From: an uncultured Planctomycetaceae bacterium
GTDB lineage: Bacteria > Planctomycetota > Planctomycetia > Planctomycetales > Planctomycetaceae
Direction of reading: 5' to 3'
Assembly (NCBI GenBank): GCA_963976765.1
Contig: CAXBME010000021.1
Location: forward strand, 1-64,000
DNA length: 64,000 bases
Shown: piece after piece, positions 19,690 to 29,728 of the stretch
How the letters are laid out: every line of letters starts with the position of its first letter
Position numbering within the stretch: position 1 is the stretch's first letter
Translations under genes and position numbers: made by a program
Notes under the pieces: generated by a model
The model's database searches: none
Seen by the model: only the letters and a program-made list of their open reading frames with translations
Told to the model about the DNA's origin: nothing

Positions 19690-22532
19690 CCGCACAGCAG
19701 CGCTGGAGTTTCGCTCTGCTGGTATGTGCCCTTGTGGCGTCGTTCATGCTCTGGCGGCATCCGCTTCAGAAGGCACCGTCGGAGAATCAGCTGGCAGGAT
19801 TTGATCTCGTGCGGTCGGCGATTCGCAAACAGGATCTGGATGCCGCGCGACGCCTGCTCGGTGAATGCGAGATTGACGAGTCTGTCTCGCCAATGGAACT
19901 GGCAAAGGTGGCCGACGTATTCTACCTGGCCGGTTATCTGACAGCGTCTGAAACCTGCCTGGAAGCCGCAGCAAGCCAGGCGGGCTCTGCGGCGGGCGAT
20001 TATCACCTGCGTCTCGGAATGCAGAAATTTGTCACAGGAAGATACTGGGATGCTCAACAGAACTGGCTCTACCTGCTGACACACGGGGGGCTCGATCTGA
20101 TTTCGTTTCCGGCACTTGGAAATCGAGACATCAGGTTCGGCTACGAAGACGCTTCACTTGAGCGCGGACTTGCAAACGAAGTTAACGACCCTCTTATCTA
20201 TCTGGGGCTTGCGGGGCGCGCGTTTCAGGACAAGGATTTTATTCGTGGACAAACGCTGATTGACCGGGCATTGAAAATCGATCCGGACCTGATTGACGCT
20301 CAGCTGCTTCGGGGCGAAATGCTCTACGAGCAGGGCAAAGTCAGCGAACTGTCCACATGGTTGCCCAGCGTCTCGAAATCGGCAGAAAGAAGGCCAGACT
20401 ATTGGCGTCTTCTGGGCAATCTGCATCTGTATCGAAATTCTATCGGTGATGCACACCGTTGTTTTCTGCATGCGTTTTCGTTCGATCCGATGGACCACCC
20501 TACAGTCGAACGTCTGGCTCGTTGCCGACAGCGACTTGGTCTGAATGATCAGGTGCCCTCCTTACTGGCAAGGGCTCGCCAACTGAAGGACTACGAAGAT
20601 GTGTGCAGACGGATTCATGGGTCCAACAGAATTGTCACCGCACAGCTCAGAGAGGCGGAAAGGTGTTGCGAGCTGTTAGGTGCGTATCGAGAAGCCATTG
20701 GATGGAACCAGGTGTTACAGTCTGTCGATGCACCGTCGAAAGAAACCGTTGAGCGTGCCGCGTTTTATCGCCGGCGAGCCGGCGAGCCGATGACACGTAC
20801 GAATCCTCAGTTTGATCTCAGGGAAGAACTTGCAGTTCCAGACCTGTCACTTCCGTACGTTCCGTCCCCTTTTAAGTCCACAGACCAGATGGCAGATTGC
20901 GAAGTCCGATTTGAAGACCGAGCCCTGAATCTTGCTGTGAATTTCATGTATGAAGATGGAGCTTCCACGACGGCTGATCGTACCCTGCTTTTCGAATTTA
21001 CAGGCGGAGGTGTAGCAGCAACCGATTTCGATGGCGATGGCTGGCCAGATCTGTTCTTCAGCCAGGGAGGGAAGATTCCACACGCAAACGCACCAGCGCG
21101 AGTTCCGGGCCATGTCGGGGCGACAGATAAACTTTTCTGGAATTCGGGGAGTGGCCCCTGGCTGGACGTAACCGACCGTGCTGGATTTGTTGATGGCTAT
21201 TATGGCCAGGGCGTGTCAGCAGGCGACGTCAACGCAGACGGATGGCAGGACCTTTACATCGCGAATGTTGGTGAGAATGTTCTTTGGCTGAACAATGGCG
21301 ACGGAACGTTTTCGCAATCTGAGTCCCGTGAGTTCTCCCGCTCACAAGGCTGGACAACGAGCACCGTGCTGGCTGACCTGAATGGCGATTCTCTGCTGGA
21401 TATTTACGACGTGAATTACACCTCGCTCGATTTGATCCGCACGGAAATGTGTAAGTCCGGTGACGCCTCAGTTCCATGTGACTCGGGTGTTCAAATGCGG
21501 GCTGGACAGGATCAGCTTCTGGTGAACAGTGGCGATGGAGAGTTCATCAACGTAACAGAATCCTGCGGCATTCAGATGCCAGAAGGAATCGGCTTAGGCG
21601 TTGTTGCTGCACGTTTCGATGATGACAGGCGGCTTGACCTGTTTGTTGCAAACGACGCGCGTGCGAACTTTCTGTTCGTCAATCAGTCGAGCGACAAAGT
21701 TAAATTCACCGAGGACGCATTGGCACGCGGTCTTGCCTACAGCGGGACGGGGCGTGCGCAGGCCTGTATGGGAGTCGCGGCGGCAGATCTGAGCGGCGAT
21801 GGTCTACTGGATCTCCTGGTGACCAACTTTTACAGGGACTACAATACACTCTACATGCAGGTCTCCGGAGGACTCTATAACGACGAAACCAGCGTTGGCG
21901 GTCTGCAAGCATCGAGCCACAGGAATTTAGGTTTCGGGACACAGGCATTCGATGCGGAACTCGACGGTGATCTTGATCTGGTCGTCACGAATGGTGATGT
22001 CGTCGACTTTTCCAGTAGTAATCCCGATCGGCTCTATCGTCAGTCCCCGCAGTTTCTGTTGAACGATGGAAGTGGGCATTTCTCTGAGGTGGCCGGCAGT
22101 GAACCTGGTGACTTTTTTCTCGGCAAGTACCTTGGTCGTGGGTTGGCTCTGTTGGATTTTAATCGAGATGGTCTGGAAGATTTCGCGGTTTCGCACATCA
22201 ATGCACCTGCTGCCGTCGTCATGAATTCATCACAACGCCGTGGACAATTCGTAGGAATCCGACTGATTGGCGTAGCAAGTTGTCGCGACGCTGTGGGGAG
22301 TCTGGTGACGTTGACGACTCGTAAAAAGACCTGCGTGCGTCAGCTGACCGCCGGCAGTGGCTACATGGCATCCAACGAACCGCATCTGATTTTTGGCCTC
22401 ACGGATGATGCGTCGGTCGAGGCTGTCAACGTTGACTGGCCTGGCGGGACTTCGGAGAAGTTTCAGCTGGACGAAAGCGACAAGTGGTATGTGCTTGTTG
22501 AAGGAAGTGGCGTTGCCTGGGCGAGTCATTGA
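19686..22532 (+). CDS. TPR + CRTAC1 (FG-GAP / ASPIC-UnbV) protein
   Basis: N-terminal TM and TPR-like helices, then GGGVAATDFDGDGWPDL repeats, DAVGSLV, GSGYMASNE, VDWPGG. Confidence 0.9.
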   Translation: MTAQQRWSFALLVCALVASFMLWRHPLQKAPSENQLAGFDLVRSAIRKQDLDAARRLLGECEIDESVSPMELAKVADVFYLAGYLTASETCLEAAASQAGSAAGDYHLRLGMQKFVTGRYWDAQQNWLYLLTHGGLDLISFPALGNRDIRFGYEDASLERGLANEVNDPLIYLGLAGRAFQDKDFIRGQTLIDRALKIDPDLIDAQLLRGEMLYEQGKVSELSTWLPSVSKSAERRPDYWRLLGNLHLYRNSIGDAHRCFLHAFSFDPMDHPTVERLARCRQRLGLNDQVPSLLARARQLKDYEDVCRRIHGSNRIVTAQLREAERCCELLGAYREAIGWNQVLQSVDAPSKETVERAAFYRRRAGEPMTRTNPQFDLREELAVPDLSLPYVPSPFKSTDQMADCEVRFEDRALNLAVNFMYEDGASTTADRTLLFEFTGGGVAATDFDGDGWPDLFFSQGGKIPHANAPARVPGHVGATDKLFWNSGSGPWLDVTDRAGFVDGYYGQGVSAGDVNADGWQDLYIANVGENVLWLNNGDGTFSQSESREFSRSQGWTTSTVLADLNGDSLLDIYDVNYTSLDLIRTEMCKSGDASVPCDSGVQMRAGQDQLLVNSGDGEFINVTESCGIQMPEGIGLGVVAARFDDDRRLDLFVANDARANFLFVNQSSDKVKFTEDALARGLAYSGTGRAQACMGVAAADLSGDGLLDLLVTNFYRDYNTLYMQVSGGLYNDETSVGGLQASSHRNLGFGTQAFDAELDGDLDLVVTNGDVVDFSSSNPDRLYRQSPQFLLNDGSGHFSEVAGSEPGDFFLGKYLGRGLALLDFNRDGLEDFAVSHINAPAAVVMNSSQRRGQFVGIRLIGVASCRDAVGSLVTLTTRKKTCVRQLTAGSGYMASNEPHLIFGLTDDASVEAVNVDWPGGTSEKFQLDESDKWYVLVEGSGVAWASH

Positions 22533-22547
22533 AGATCGGAATTGAGA

Positions 22548-24812
22548 ATGGCGACTCTAAGACTGACAGGGGATCTTTCTCGTCAACTGAGACCGTTGAC
22601 GGCTTTTGTACTGACCATCGGCCTGATCTCCGGGTGCGGCGAAAAGGCGTCGAAAACGGACTCGACCACCAGCACAGAGATTCAAGCAAAGCCGTCATCG
22701 CACCAACGAATGCTCAACGTCCTTGCGGACATCGCAAATCGAAGCCATGACGAAAACGGATTCGTTGGCGATGCTCACGCCCGCCGGCTAAGAGCTTTTC
22801 TGTCGGCTCCAGGGTACCTGTCTTCTCTCTCCCCGAAACGTCAATGGGAGCTACATTTCGAACTGGGGCGGGCTGAGTTGAAGCTAGGGAACGAGAATCG
22901 AGCTATTGAGTTGCTGGAGCGGTCTCTTGAACTCTTGCCGACGATTGAGATTGCACTCGCAAAGAAAACTCACTTTGAACTTGGCGTCACGTCGCTGCGA
23001 AATGGCGAAACGCAAAACTGTTGCCTGGCGCATTCGAGCGAGAGTTGCATCGTTCCCATTCGAGGAGCCGGCCTCCACTCGAATCCCAAAGGGGCGGAAG
23101 GAGCAATCCGACACTTTACGAAAGTGTTGCAGTTACTGCCGTCAGAAAGTGGAACTGATGAGCGGTTGGATGTCGACGAGGCGGCGCGGTGGCTCTTGAA
23201 CATCGCCTACATGACGCTTGGTAAGTATCCAGCCGAAGTTCCCGAGGAGTACCTTGTCGATCCGTCATTTTTTGAGCCAGAAGTTAACTTCCCAAAGTTC
23301 ACGAATATCTATCCAAAACTGGGGCTCAATACATTTAATCTTTGTGGCGGGACTGTCATCGACGATTTCGACCAGGACGGCGATTTTGATGTAGTGACGT
23401 GCTCGTGGGATGTCACGTCGCAGACGCAGGTGTTTCGTAACAAAGGCGATGGTTCGTTTGAAGAAGTGACCGCAGACTCGGGACTGAATGGGTTCTTCGG
23501 TGGGCTCAATCTGAATCACGCTGACTACGACAATGACGGTGATCTTGACGTCTTTATCATGCGAGGGGCATGGTTAGGTGCGAACGGGATGCACCCGAAT
23601 TCTCTTCTTCGAAATGACGGCAATCTCAAGTTTACTGACGTTACCTTTGACGTCGGCCTTGGAGATCAGTTTGCCCCGACAAAGACGTCGGTGTGGATGG
23701 ACTACGACAACGATGGCGACCTCGATCTATATGTCGGAAACGAGTCAAAGGGCGACGTCGTGGCGCCGTGCAACCTGTTTCGAAATGACGCCGGACATTT
23801 TGTGGATGTCGCGATTGAGGCAGGAGTTGCCGACGTCGTGTTTTCGATGGGGGCAGCCCGGGGTGACTACAACAACGATGGGTGGGACGACCTCTACTTG
23901 TCATTGACTGGCGCCAACAAGCTTTATCGAAACAACAAAGATGGCACGTTTACTGACGTGGCTGCCGACCTGTCAGTGACAAAGCCAGATGCAAGTTTTC
24001 CGACGTGGTTCTGGGACTACAACAACGATGGTCACGAAGACATCTTTGTCGGATGCACTTCCGGGCCGGTTGGGGTACTGGACACGGACATTCGATTCGA
24101 GCTGATGCATCTTTACCAGAACCGCGGCGACGGAACTTTTTCTGACGTTACGAAAGATGTCGAACTCGACTACCCCGCCACGCCCATGGGAGCAAATTTT
24201 GGTGACCTGAATAATGACGGGTACTGTGATTTCTATCTGGCGACGGGGAATACGCCGTACTCAGAAATTCGTCCTAACGTCATGTTTCTCAATGACCGCG
24301 GCCAGCGATTTCAGAACGTCACCATGGCTGGAGGCTTTGGACATCTTCAGAAAGGCCACGGAGTCTCGTTTGCCGATATCGACAACGACGGAGATCAGGA
24401 CGTCTATGTTCAACTGGGCGGGGCCTATCCGGGCGACCGATATAACGACGCACTGTTCGAGAATCCCGGATTCGACAATCACTACATTCGGCTTGAGCTG
24501 GAAGGGCGCAAATCAAATCGCAACGCCATCGGCGCTCGCGTCCGACTCGACATCACTGAGGCCAATGGAGAACAACGGTCGGTGCATCATACGGTCAGCT
24601 CCGGAAGCAGCTTTGGGGCGAATCCCTATCGGCAGGTTATCGGCATCGGCACGGCGAAGAAGATCGACGAGTTGCACATCAACTGGCCGCTGCCTGATTC
24701 ATCGCAGACATTCCTGAACGTTGCTGGCGACCAGTCATATCGGTGTGCTGAAGGAAACGAGTTGGAAGTCGTCGAGCTGCATCGATTCAGACTTGCAGAC
24801 CAGAACGACTGA
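22548..24812 (+). CDS. TPR + CRTAC1 (FG-GAP / ASPIC-UnbV) lipoprotein with a Cys-rich motif
   Basis: ISGC lipobox; GETQNCCLAHSSESCIVPI; many DYDNDGDLD repeats; NAIGARV, SGSSFG. Confidence 0.9.
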   Translation: MATLRLTGDLSRQLRPLTAFVLTIGLISGCGEKASKTDSTTSTEIQAKPSSHQRMLNVLADIANRSHDENGFVGDAHARRLRAFLSAPGYLSSLSPKRQWELHFELGRAELKLGNENRAIELLERSLELLPTIEIALAKKTHFELGVTSLRNGETQNCCLAHSSESCIVPIRGAGLHSNPKGAEGAIRHFTKVLQLLPSESGTDERLDVDEAARWLLNIAYMTLGKYPAEVPEEYLVDPSFFEPEVNFPKFTNIYPKLGLNTFNLCGGTVIDDFDQDGDFDVVTCSWDVTSQTQVFRNKGDGSFEEVTADSGLNGFFGGLNLNHADYDNDGDLDVFIMRGAWLGANGMHPNSLLRNDGNLKFTDVTFDVGLGDQFAPTKTSVWMDYDNDGDLDLYVGNESKGDVVAPCNLFRNDAGHFVDVAIEAGVADVVFSMGAARGDYNNDGWDDLYLSLTGANKLYRNNKDGTFTDVAADLSVTKPDASFPTWFWDYNNDGHEDIFVGCTSGPVGVLDTDIRFELMHLYQNRGDGTFSDVTKDVELDYPATPMGANFGDLNNDGYCDFYLATGNTPYSEIRPNVMFLNDRGQRFQNVTMAGGFGHLQKGHGVSFADIDNDGDQDVYVQLGGAYPGDRYNDALFENPGFDNHYIRLELEGRKSNRNAIGARVRLDITEANGEQRSVHHTVSSGSSFGANPYRQVIGIGTAKKIDELHINWPLPDSSQTFLNVAGDQSYRCAEGNELEVVELHRFRLADQND

Positions 24813-25163
24813 CAGGCATTGTCGAATACGAGAGTGCAATTGCTGGAGAACCAGCAGGCACGAAGACGACTGAATGTGAGAAGAGACTCGACAGGAAATG
24901 CCAGCGCCAGATGACAGATGTTTGTTTTAAAAAGTCAGAAGGCTCTGGATCGGGATAAATTCACTTCCACAACCCGCCAGCTCATGACCGACCGCGCAGT
25001 CAGCCCTCTGTTTGAACATCGACATCCCAAATTCCGTTCGGTACGATGACCTTGCCTTTTGCGGCAGAGTGTGACCGTTCAAAAAGGTATCTCACAGATT
25101 TGCCTTCCTCACTGGTGACAACCTGTCTGTCACTCCTTCCTGCTGGCCTCAATCGGAAACGAC

Positions 25164-27410
25164 ATGGCCGATCATCGAAGCATTAACGTCCGTCCTGCAT
25201 GGTTTACACGGCGACTCTGTCTGTTGGCCTTGGCTGTGGCCGTGCCGTTCCCAACCTCGGCAGCCGAGCCTCAGAAGCCGGTCAGCTTTGTTAATGACGT
25301 CATGCCCGTCCTGTCCAAAGCCGGGTGTAACGTTGGCGTCTGTCATGCCAAAGCGGGAGGCGGGCAAAGAGGGTTTCAGCTTTCATTGCTCGGATTTGAG
25401 CCTGCCGAAGACTACGAAAGTCTCGTCAAAGACGGGCAAGGCAGGCGTCTGTTTCCAGCAGTGCCCGATCAAAGTCTGATCCTGCGAAAAGCGTCCGGGC
25501 AGACTCCGCATGGTGGCGGAATTCGGCTGGCACGAGACTCCGTTGGCTACGTGACTCTTCGAATGTGGATCCAGCAGGGCACGCCATTCGGCACAGACTC
25601 GGAGCCGCAACTGGTTTCAGTTGATGTTCAACCCAGCCGTGGACTCGTGAAAATGTCGGGCGAACAGCAGCTCAAAGCCGTGGCGAAGTACTCTGACGGC
25701 AGTGTTCGTGACGTGACAGAGTTAGCTCTTTACGAATCAAACTCCGAAGCAATGGCTCATGTCAGCGAAAAGGGCCTTGTAAGAGTTCAGGATATTCCTG
25801 GTAAGGTCGCGATCATGGTGCGCTACCAGGGGAAAGTTGCAGTGTTCACGGCGGCGGTCCCACTCGGGGCACCCGTTGAAACCCTGCCCGCTGAAAAGAA
25901 TTTTGTCGACAAGCACGTCTTTGCGAATCTCAAGGCCATCGGAATTCCGCCGTCTGACGTTTGCGACGATGCAACGTTTCTCCGGCGAGTCACGCTGGAC
26001 ATTGCGGGACGTCTTCCAAAGGAATCTGAAACCGCTGCTTTCATGGCGAATACTGATACCGACAAGCGGGATCGAGTAATCGATGCGCTGCTCCGCAGCC
26101 CTGACTATGCGGACTTCTTTGCTGGCAAGTGGACACCTTTATTGAAGAACCGTCGCGACGACGCCAGTGACATTACTTCAAACTTCGCCTTCCACGCCTG
26201 GATCCGCGACAGCCTGCTCGCGAACGTTTCGTACGATCAGATCGTCCGTGAGCTGCTGGCTGCAACCGGAACCGTCATCGGTAATCCACCGGTGGCCTGG
26301 TACAAGCGAGTCAAAGAACCGAAGGAGCAACTGGAGGATGTCGCTCAGTTGTTCCTCGGCGTGCGGATGCAGTGTGCTCAGTGTCACCACCACCCGTTCG
26401 AACGGTGGAGTCAGGATGACTATTACAGCTTTGCTGCATTCTTCAGTCAGGTCGGGCGAAAACCAACGGGAACTCGCGGCGAAGATTTGATCTTCCACAA
26501 ACGAGGCGTTGCGACAGCAAAGAATGTCAAGACTGGCGAGGCGTTAACACCGGCAGCGTTTGGTGACGATGTTGGAGAAATTCCAGCGGACGCTGATCCT
26601 CGGCTTCGGCTGGCCGACTGGATGAGTTCTCCGCAGAATCCGTTCTTCGCCAAGGCTCTGGTTAACCGCTACTGGAAGCACTTTTTTTCGCGAGGTCTGA
26701 TTGAACCCGAAGACGACATTCGTGACACGAACCCGCCGACCAATCCAGAACTGCTTGCGGCACTGGAAGAACACTTCATTAACAGTGGGTTTGATCTGAA
26801 AAGCCTGATTCGCGAGATCACTCGCTCGACGGCCTACCAGCTCAGTTCAAAACCGAATAATTACAACCTGGTCGACCGGCAGAATTATTCACGTTACTAC
26901 CCACGACGCATGCAGGCGGAAGTGTTGCTGGATTCGATCGACTTTCTGACCGGTGCGAAGACGTCGTTTGCCAACCTGCCGCCAGGTACGAGAGCCGTCG
27001 CGCTGCCGGACAACAGCTACAACCGGGCTTCTCCGCTGCTACAGGTCTTCGGACGCCCGGAAAGTTTGAGTGTCTGCGAGTGCGAGCGGGTCCAGTCATC
27101 GAGTCTCGCCCAAAGCCTGCACCTGATTAACTCGTCCGAGATCAAATCGAAGCTGGCTGTCGGCGGTGGGCGAGCCGCTCAACTGGCGACTGCGGAGATT
27201 CCAGACGAAGACAAAGTAACGGAGCTCTATCTCGCCGCGTTTTCCCGCAAGCCTCGGGCAGACGAACTGGCGATGGCCATCGCTTATCTGAACGAACCGC
27301 TGACCGACGCCGCCGGCAAGCCGATTGCCAAAAGTACGGCCGCTCGCGGCAACTTCCAGGACCTGATCTGGGCGTTGATGAATTCGAAGGAATTCCTCTT
27401 TAACCACTGA
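25164..27410 (+). CDS. DUF1549/DUF1553 protein with Ig-like (Big_2) domain
   Basis: SFVNDVMPVLSKAGCN.GVCH, DDATFLRRVTLD, CAQCHHHPFERW, NPELLAAL, WALMNSKEFLFNH. Confidence 0.93.
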   Translation: MADHRSINVRPAWFTRRLCLLALAVAVPFPTSAAEPQKPVSFVNDVMPVLSKAGCNVGVCHAKAGGGQRGFQLSLLGFEPAEDYESLVKDGQGRRLFPAVPDQSLILRKASGQTPHGGGIRLARDSVGYVTLRMWIQQGTPFGTDSEPQLVSVDVQPSRGLVKMSGEQQLKAVAKYSDGSVRDVTELALYESNSEAMAHVSEKGLVRVQDIPGKVAIMVRYQGKVAVFTAAVPLGAPVETLPAEKNFVDKHVFANLKAIGIPPSDVCDDATFLRRVTLDIAGRLPKESETAAFMANTDTDKRDRVIDALLRSPDYADFFAGKWTPLLKNRRDDASDITSNFAFHAWIRDSLLANVSYDQIVRELLAATGTVIGNPPVAWYKRVKEPKEQLEDVAQLFLGVRMQCAQCHHHPFERWSQDDYYSFAAFFSQVGRKPTGTRGEDLIFHKRGVATAKNVKTGEALTPAAFGDDVGEIPADADPRLRLADWMSSPQNPFFAKALVNRYWKHFFSRGLIEPEDDIRDTNPPTNPELLAALEEHFINSGFDLKSLIREITRSTAYQLSSKPNNYNLVDRQNYSRYYPRRMQAEVLLDSIDFLTGAKTSFANLPPGTRAVALPDNSYNRASPLLQVFGRPESLSVCECERVQSSSLAQSLHLINSSEIKSKLAVGGGRAAQLATAEIPDEDKVTELYLAAFSRKPRADELAMAIAYLNEPLTDAAGKPIAKSTAARGNFQDLIWALMNSKEFLFNH

Positions 27411-27418
27411 GTGACGAA

Positions 27419-29728
27419 ATGAAGACTAAACGACATTCGACCGACGTTCCCTGTCGCCAGCTCAAACGCACCAGAATAACTCCTCTGTTGACAGGGGGGG
27501 TGGCCGCATTTCTGACAGTACTCACGTCGACCACCGCCCTGGCGCAGGCTGTTTGTCTGCCCGCTCCTCGACTGTTGACGACAATGCCAATGGGCGGTCA
27601 GGCTGGAACGAGCGTCGAGGTCACGATCACTGGGGCCAACTGCGAAAATGCGAATGAGCTGAGCTTCTCTCATTCCGGCATCAGAGCGACACAGAAACTC
27701 GACGACGCCGGCAAACCAATTGCGAATCGGTTCGTCGTGCACATCGACAAAAATTGCCCGACAGGAATTCATGAAGCGCGAGTCATGACTCGCCTCGGAG
27801 TGTCGTCTTCGCGAGTGTTCAATGTGGGAACAATGACCGAGGTCACACAAACGACATCGAATACGACATTGGAAACAGCAGCGACATTGCCGCTCAACTC
27901 GATCTGCAATGCGACCATGACGGCCCAGGCAGTGAGCTACTACTCATTCGAAGCGGTCAAAGATCAGCGAATCGTTGTTGACTGTGCCGCGACCGGGATC
28001 GATTCAAAGCTGAAGCCAGTCGTGATCATTGCTGACGCGCAGGGGGCGGACCTTGTTGTCGAGCGGCGAGGTGGCTCATTGGACTTCACCGTCCCGGAAA
28101 CGGGAAAGTATGTCATCAAACTTCACGACCTGACTTTCAACGGCGGCGCATACTACTTCTACCGGCTGGCTGTTCAAGAGGTTGCCGGGGACGAAGTTGT
28201 TCCGCGGTTGCCGTCGACCGAATCCGTCAGTTCGTTTTCGTGGCCGCCAACAGGACTGGCTGCAAAAGCGTCAATGACCGAAGCTGAGCCGAACAACGAA
28301 CACGCTCAGGCACAGAAGATCGCCCTTCCTTGCGATATCTCCGGAAGTTTTTTCCCGGCAGCCGACGTCGATACTTTCGAGTTTACTGCAAAGAAAGGAG
28401 AAGTCTGGTGGGTTGAGGTCGCGTCCGAGCGGTTTGGATTGCCAACCGATCCATCGATCGTTGTGCAGCACGTTTCCGTCGACGGTGATTCTGAAAAACT
28501 GACAGACGTCGTCGAACTCAGCGACATCCCCAGTCCAGTGAAAGTTTCCAGCAACGGGTACTCGTATGATGGGCCTCCGTACAACGCGGGCTCGCCGGAC
28601 ATCATCGGAAGAGTGGAAATCAAAGATGACGGCATTCACCGTCTGCAATTGCGAGACCTGTTTGGGGGCACTCGTAAAGACCCTCGAAATGTCTACCGGT
28701 TGATCGTTCGAAAAGCCCAACCGGACTTTGCCCTGGTTGGCTGGGCGCTGCACATGAATCTTCGCAACGGAGATCGCAACGCGCTTTCAAAACCGATCGC
28801 GCTGCGAGGCGGCGCGACCATTCCGCTGGAAGTTGTCGTGGTTCGTCGCGACGGTTTCGACGACGAGATCACCCTTGGAATGGACGACCTGCCGGATGGC
28901 GTCACGGCAGTCGGGCTGAAGATTCCGGCCGGCAAGACGCGTGGCATCATGCTGATCACCGCCGAACAGAATGCACCACGAGGATTGACCAGTGCATCAT
29001 TCTTCGGCAAGGCGACGATCGATGGTAAAGAGGTGACTCGCCCGTGTCGGCTGGCATCGATGGCCTGGCCGGTTCCGAATGCGTGGAGCGAAATTCCCGC
29101 GCCGAGACTTCTGGCAGACGTGCCTGTATCAGTCAGCGGTTCGGAGTTTGCTCCGATCACGATCGCATCTACTGCAAACAACGTTTGGGAAATTACGGCT
29201 GGCGAGAAACTGACGCTTCCGCTGATTCATTCGCGTCGATGTGATTTTTCCGGAACGAACATCAATCTGAAGACGTTTGGTCCTGGATTCGAAGGTATGC
29301 CCGCGTTTGATGTTTCTCTCACTGCTGAAACTTCGGATGCGGTTCTGGACCTGGCGACGCTGAAGACTCCCCCCGGTGACTACACGATCGCTTTTTATGG
29401 CAGCGCGGTTGCTAAATACCGATATAACGTTGAAGCGGTCACGGCGGCAGAAGCGGCACTCGCACTTGCAAAGCTGGAAGCCGAGACGTTGGCTGCCGAG
29501 TTGACGGCTTTGACCAACACTGCCAGTTCAGTTTCTGCCGAGCAGCAGGCGGAAGCGGACAGCGCCGTGCAGGAAGCGTCGACGAAACAGAAAGCGGCAG
29601 AAGCCGCAGTCATCGCGGCGGAGAAGTCACTGAAGGATGCTACGGCGGCGGCACAACCCAAAGACATTGTGGATATCGTTGTCTCGACGCCAATTTCTGT
29701 TCGCGTCAAACCGGCGGAGAAGAAATGA
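27419..29728 (+). CDS. PPC (pre-peptidase C-terminal) domain protein with a C-terminal coiled coil
   Basis: PMGGQAGTSVEVTITG, EAEPNN..AQAQ, DVDTFEFTAKKG, and an Ala/Glu-rich coiled coil. Confidence 0.85.
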   Translation: MKTKRHSTDVPCRQLKRTRITPLLTGGVAAFLTVLTSTTALAQAVCLPAPRLLTTMPMGGQAGTSVEVTITGANCENANELSFSHSGIRATQKLDDAGKPIANRFVVHIDKNCPTGIHEARVMTRLGVSSSRVFNVGTMTEVTQTTSNTTLETAATLPLNSICNATMTAQAVSYYSFEAVKDQRIVVDCAATGIDSKLKPVVIIADAQGADLVVERRGGSLDFTVPETGKYVIKLHDLTFNGGAYYFYRLAVQEVAGDEVVPRLPSTESVSSFSWPPTGLAAKASMTEAEPNNEHAQAQKIALPCDISGSFFPAADVDTFEFTAKKGEVWWVEVASERFGLPTDPSIVVQHVSVDGDSEKLTDVVELSDIPSPVKVSSNGYSYDGPPYNAGSPDIIGRVEIKDDGIHRLQLRDLFGGTRKDPRNVYRLIVRKAQPDFALVGWALHMNLRNGDRNALSKPIALRGGATIPLEVVVVRRDGFDDEITLGMDDLPDGVTAVGLKIPAGKTRGIMLITAEQNAPRGLTSASFFGKATIDGKEVTRPCRLASMAWPVPNAWSEIPAPRLLADVPVSVSGSEFAPITIASTANNVWEITAGEKLTLPLIHSRRCDFSGTNINLKTFGPGFEGMPAFDVSLTAETSDAVLDLATLKTPPGDYTIAFYGSAVAKYRYNVEAVTAAEAALALAKLEAETLAAELTALTNTASSVSAEQQAEADSAVQEASTKQKAAEAAVIAAEKSLKDATAAAQPKDIVDIVVSTPISVRVKPAEKK

